From Botryllus schlosseri (lineage: Eukaryota): DNA of 64,000 nucleotides. Both the position numbers and the translations under genes were made by a program. Below, piece by piece: positions 62,101 through 64,000 of this stretch (position 1 is its first letter; the number at the start of each line of letters is the position of its first letter). Below the pieces are notes generated by a model. It did not search any database, was not told where the DNA came from, and saw nothing but the letters and a program-made list of their open reading frames with translations. Location: assembly GCA_051294905.1 (NCBI GenBank), contig CM119371.1, positions 10,480,001 to 10,544,000 on the forward strand, given 5' to 3'.

Positions 62101-64000
62101 CTGATACCGGAGAATTTGCGGCTTGCGTCGAAGACTATTCGCATCTTTTGTTGTCGGGTGTGAAAATGGACGAGGTAGAACGTTCGATCGGAGGAGGGCA
62201 GCAGGTCTGGCGGAACAACTTGAGCGTACCCTCGAGATAGATACTCGTCGATTTTTTCTTTGTACTTTCGAAAGAACTCGGGATCTTTCGCGAATTTCAA
62301 GCGCTGGGATTCGAGCGATTTCTCAGCAGCTGCTCTGTTGCACGGGAGCTTCACGTCTTTCGTCCGCCACGGAAGGCCTACCTGGAAACGACCGTTCAGT
62401 ATGCGTGACGTGTCTTTCATTACGGCGAGCGCGCGCTCATCGTCGATCGAATGTTGAGTTTCGTAGGGGTCAACCCAAATGTCCGAAAAATCAGCGTTAC
62501 AGCTAGAACACAATGGCAATGTACGCGAATCGAAATGCTTAGACATACGTGTATCAACGTGTACGAAATTAATATCGATAAAATTGGCACTATTAGGCTC
62601 GGAATCGGAGCTCGCCATGGTATAATCTGAGCCCCCAAGACACCAACCAAAAACCGAAAGCTCGGCCCCGGGCAAGCCATTCTGAGGCTTGATAACTTCA
62701 GTGCTGGGGTAGCGCATTAGGAAATCTTTCCCAATAACCAAGTCGACATCATTTGTGTCGGAAACCGGTATATTAATGTGGCTGAGGTGAGTGCATTTAG
62801 AAATGGTATCAACATTTGGAGAGTGATTGAACACATCAGGAAAGTGGGGAGAGGCAAGCACCTCATTTAAATCAATCACCGTGCTCTGATCAAGGCCTCG
62901 GACGGAAAGGGCCACCACTTCTACCTCCCCCTCGGCGGTGCCCGTAGCTGTTCTGGTTCGACAAGCAATACGATCACCATGTATATTTAATTTTTTGCGC
63001 AGGCGCTCTGTGCACAGTATAGAGCCACAGCCTGGATCTAGGAATGCGTTAGAGGTCACTCTAACTTTTGAATCGGGGGAGGTGATTATGACCGGTACGA
63101 CGGCTAACCGCACAGGATTCACTTTCCCGTTTAGCGAGGAGGACATCGTGTTGACGTCGGCGAATATTTTATTTTGGAAACCCCAGTGGAGTAGGGTGTG
63201 ATGCGATGAGTTGCAGCCGTCGATGTAGCACTTGCGTTCTGACTTGCATGTGCGGGGGTCATGCCCGTAATTCAGGCAGGTGGTGCAGATCCGCTTTTCT
63301 TCCACGCACTTTTTACGCTCGTCTGGGGTCTTTTTATGGAAGACATCGCATTTGTAGATCTGGTGTGCGCCATTGCAGAGATGACAGCGCGGTGGCGGCG
63401 CTCTTTGCGAATTGCTTTGTCGATGTTCGTTGGAGGCGCCGACGGGGCGCTCGACGGACGTTGCGTTCACTTTCACTTGCGTGGTGCATCTTGCGGCTCT
63501 GGCGGTCGGCATGTTGGCTACGAGTCTTCCCATGCGAGTTCTCCCGATATCGGCTGCACTCACGACAAAGTCGACGAAGTCGTCAAAGGTTGGTTCGATG
63601 CCGTTTTTCATCGTATCATTGTACTTGTTCGTGAATCTTGTCATAAAGTTTTTGGGGAAGCGCTTTACTATTTTGTCGAAAACGCCTGGCGCGTTCACTT
63701 GCGCTTTTGCTCTAAGTTGTGCAAGGACGTACCTGGCCGTTCTGAGCTCGTCAGATACTTTTTGAAGCGCCCTACTGTCGCTAGGTTCAACAGGATCATC
63801 TTGAGTTAAATTATCAATGAATGCATCAATAACGTAGTTTTCGCGGCCAAATTTATCGTACAGAATTTTGCGGGCATGCGAGTAAGCTTCCTCGTCATGC
63901 CGATTAGCACGACAGCCAGAAAGTGAAGACTTGGCATCACCAGTACAAAACGAGATCAATCTATTTAGCTTGGTTCGGGCTGAGTGCCTCTCACTAGGAT
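59181..64000 (-). CDS. BEL/Pao LTR retrotransposon gag-pol polyprotein (>1,592 aa, 5' end beyond the window)
   Basis: Three Gag Cys/His knuckles; protease AFLDPG; RT ADLAQMF/FGSTSSP/YVDD; Pao RNase H FADAS, IPRLEL, WTDS, NPADIGSRG; integrase HH-CC, VDYFGP, SDNAT, GCVER. Order PR-RT-RH-IN. The frame stays open to 63998. Confidence 0.96.
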   Translation of the reverse strand, partial: PSERHSARTKLNRLISFCTGDAKSSLSGCRANRHDEEAYSHARKILYDKFGRENYVIDAFIDNLTQDDPVEPSDSRALQKVSDELRTARYVLAQLRAKAQVNAPGVFDKIVKRFPKNFMTRFTNKYNDTMKNGIEPTFDDFVDFVVSAADIGRTRMGRLVANMPTARAARCTTQVKVNATSVERPVGASNEHRQSNSQRAPPPRCHLCNGAHQIYKCDVFHKKTPDERKKCVEEKRICTTCLNYGHDPRTCKSERKCYIDGCNSSHHTLLHWGFQNKIFADVNTMSSSLNGKVNPVRLAVVPVIITSPDSKVRVTSNAFLDPGCGSILCTERLRKKLNIHGDRIACRTRTATGTAEGEVEVVALSVRGLDQSTVIDLNEVLASPHFPDVFNHSPNVDTISKCTHLSHINIPVSDTNDVDLVIGKDFLMRYPSTEVIKPQNGLPGAELSVFGWCLGGSDYTMASSDSEPNSANFIDINFVHVDTRMSKHFDSRTLPLCSSCNADFSDIWVDPYETQHSIDDERALAVMKDTSRILNGRFQVGLPWRTKDVKLPCNRAAAEKSLESQRLKFAKDPEFFRKYKEKIDEYLSRGYAQVVPPDLLPSSDRTFYLVHFHTRQQKMRIVFDASRKFSGISLNSQLLSGPDVNSSLIGVLCRFRMGRHPWVADLAQMFSRIQTYPEDSDSLRFLWFADSKLDGRATDYQMTSHVFGSTSSPCVAQFCLRQIVLQNGTSAAKPTLDCILRNTYVDDILHSSDDLETSIKTVEELRTLFAHYGFNLTKFASGSSAIMSRIPGEARASNLVDLDFANSDNERTLGVIWNMNEDTLRARTNIVPKPFTRRGIASQIAQIYTPFGYLSPFLLPARALLQEISRLDLDWDTPIDESFSAKWTKWVNSLPELEKLSFPRCYKPPGFSPVNIQLHSFADASKSGYAACCYFRFEDSDGNVHVSFVRGISRVVPQNAPSIPRLELTAAVTCIKLARDVIKDVDYNIDTVHYWTDSTSVLQSIRSTSARFDTFVHQRLLKIRALSRVDQWQHVASANNPADIGSRGVMPHRWQLARMWFAGPDFLLQPADSWPGHNKAHRSATKIEPVFSIDVTPTTRSLDDYLNSFSSFTKLVRSTAWILRLRSVLRKKTKGPSGDPLLTPRTGFLTVDELEEATREIVRLVQSESFPGATKPFHDNARAADQFLVNKKLVPNSLAKLIPYVSNGVMRVKGRLNRSQLPEDAKNPMILPSGHHVTRLIIRHYHVTNGHCGTLQVLSLIREKFWIMRGQTSIRKVLHKCIFCQCRQATLGSQYMADLPHYRLTPHKNVFNYTMVDYFGPLSCRRNRTELKRYGCVFTCLCTRAVHLEVVESLETSAFLMAFFKFCDIRGRPAHIFSDNATTFVGAQKELAKAVGNLNSKQVASSLADRGIQWHFSPSLAPHFNGCVERVVALCKRVLYALNHNAVFHDNTLSALFYGVARILNDRPLTPLSDDTGDLPCLTPNSIILGRLDPSVPTHKFCKADDYSKNWRCVQRKLDLFWERWLKEYLPLLQSRSKWLDQTPNFKVGDVVLMSDSNAPRGKWPKAIVEEVFPDKHGLVRKVTVRTPIGTYSRDIRKLCRLELE

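Larger units (their letters stand above)
58554..64000 (-). mobile_element. BEL/Pao LTR retrotransposon, partial (continues past the window)
   Basis: LTR, PPT and intact polyprotein; clearly higher GC than the flanks. Confidence 0.93.

Noticed and set aside
59233..63809. Multiple plus-strand and alternate-frame ORFs over the BEL element
   Set aside because: Shadow ORFs of a GC-richer coding sequence, with no recognisable motifs.

Overview
AT-rich eukaryotic DNA, most likely from an invertebrate animal, packed with nested transposons. The organism cannot be fixed from the sequence. The host part is a tandemly duplicated cluster of two intronless gene types: a class I SAM-dependent methyltransferase (intact copy 7399-8256; frameshifted copy 26169-27026) and an SLC49/FLVCR-like MFS transporter (four minus-strand copies, all interrupted or decayed). 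The standout feature is a 13.2-kb element (36781-50024) that is almost entirely one palindrome: two ~5.5-kb near-identical arms around a 989-bp spacer. It has AGTAGT...ACTACT termini and a perfect 6-bp target-site duplication (GGCGCA), the terminal signature of Polinton/Maverick elements. It encodes no polymerase, integrase or capsid, only a few small ORFs, and it sits inside the terminal repeat of a CACTG (CMC/Chapaev-like) element. The right end of the window holds an apparently intact BEL/Pao LTR retrotransposon (gag-pol ORF open to the window edge, 3' LTR at 58554-58932). Many non-autonomous hAT-type MITEs with 8-bp TSDs, a P-like foldback element with a 7-bp TSD, two tRNA-derived SINEs and a solo LTR fill the rest. 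All coordinates were read by eye, and family assignments rest on motif recognition, not database searches.
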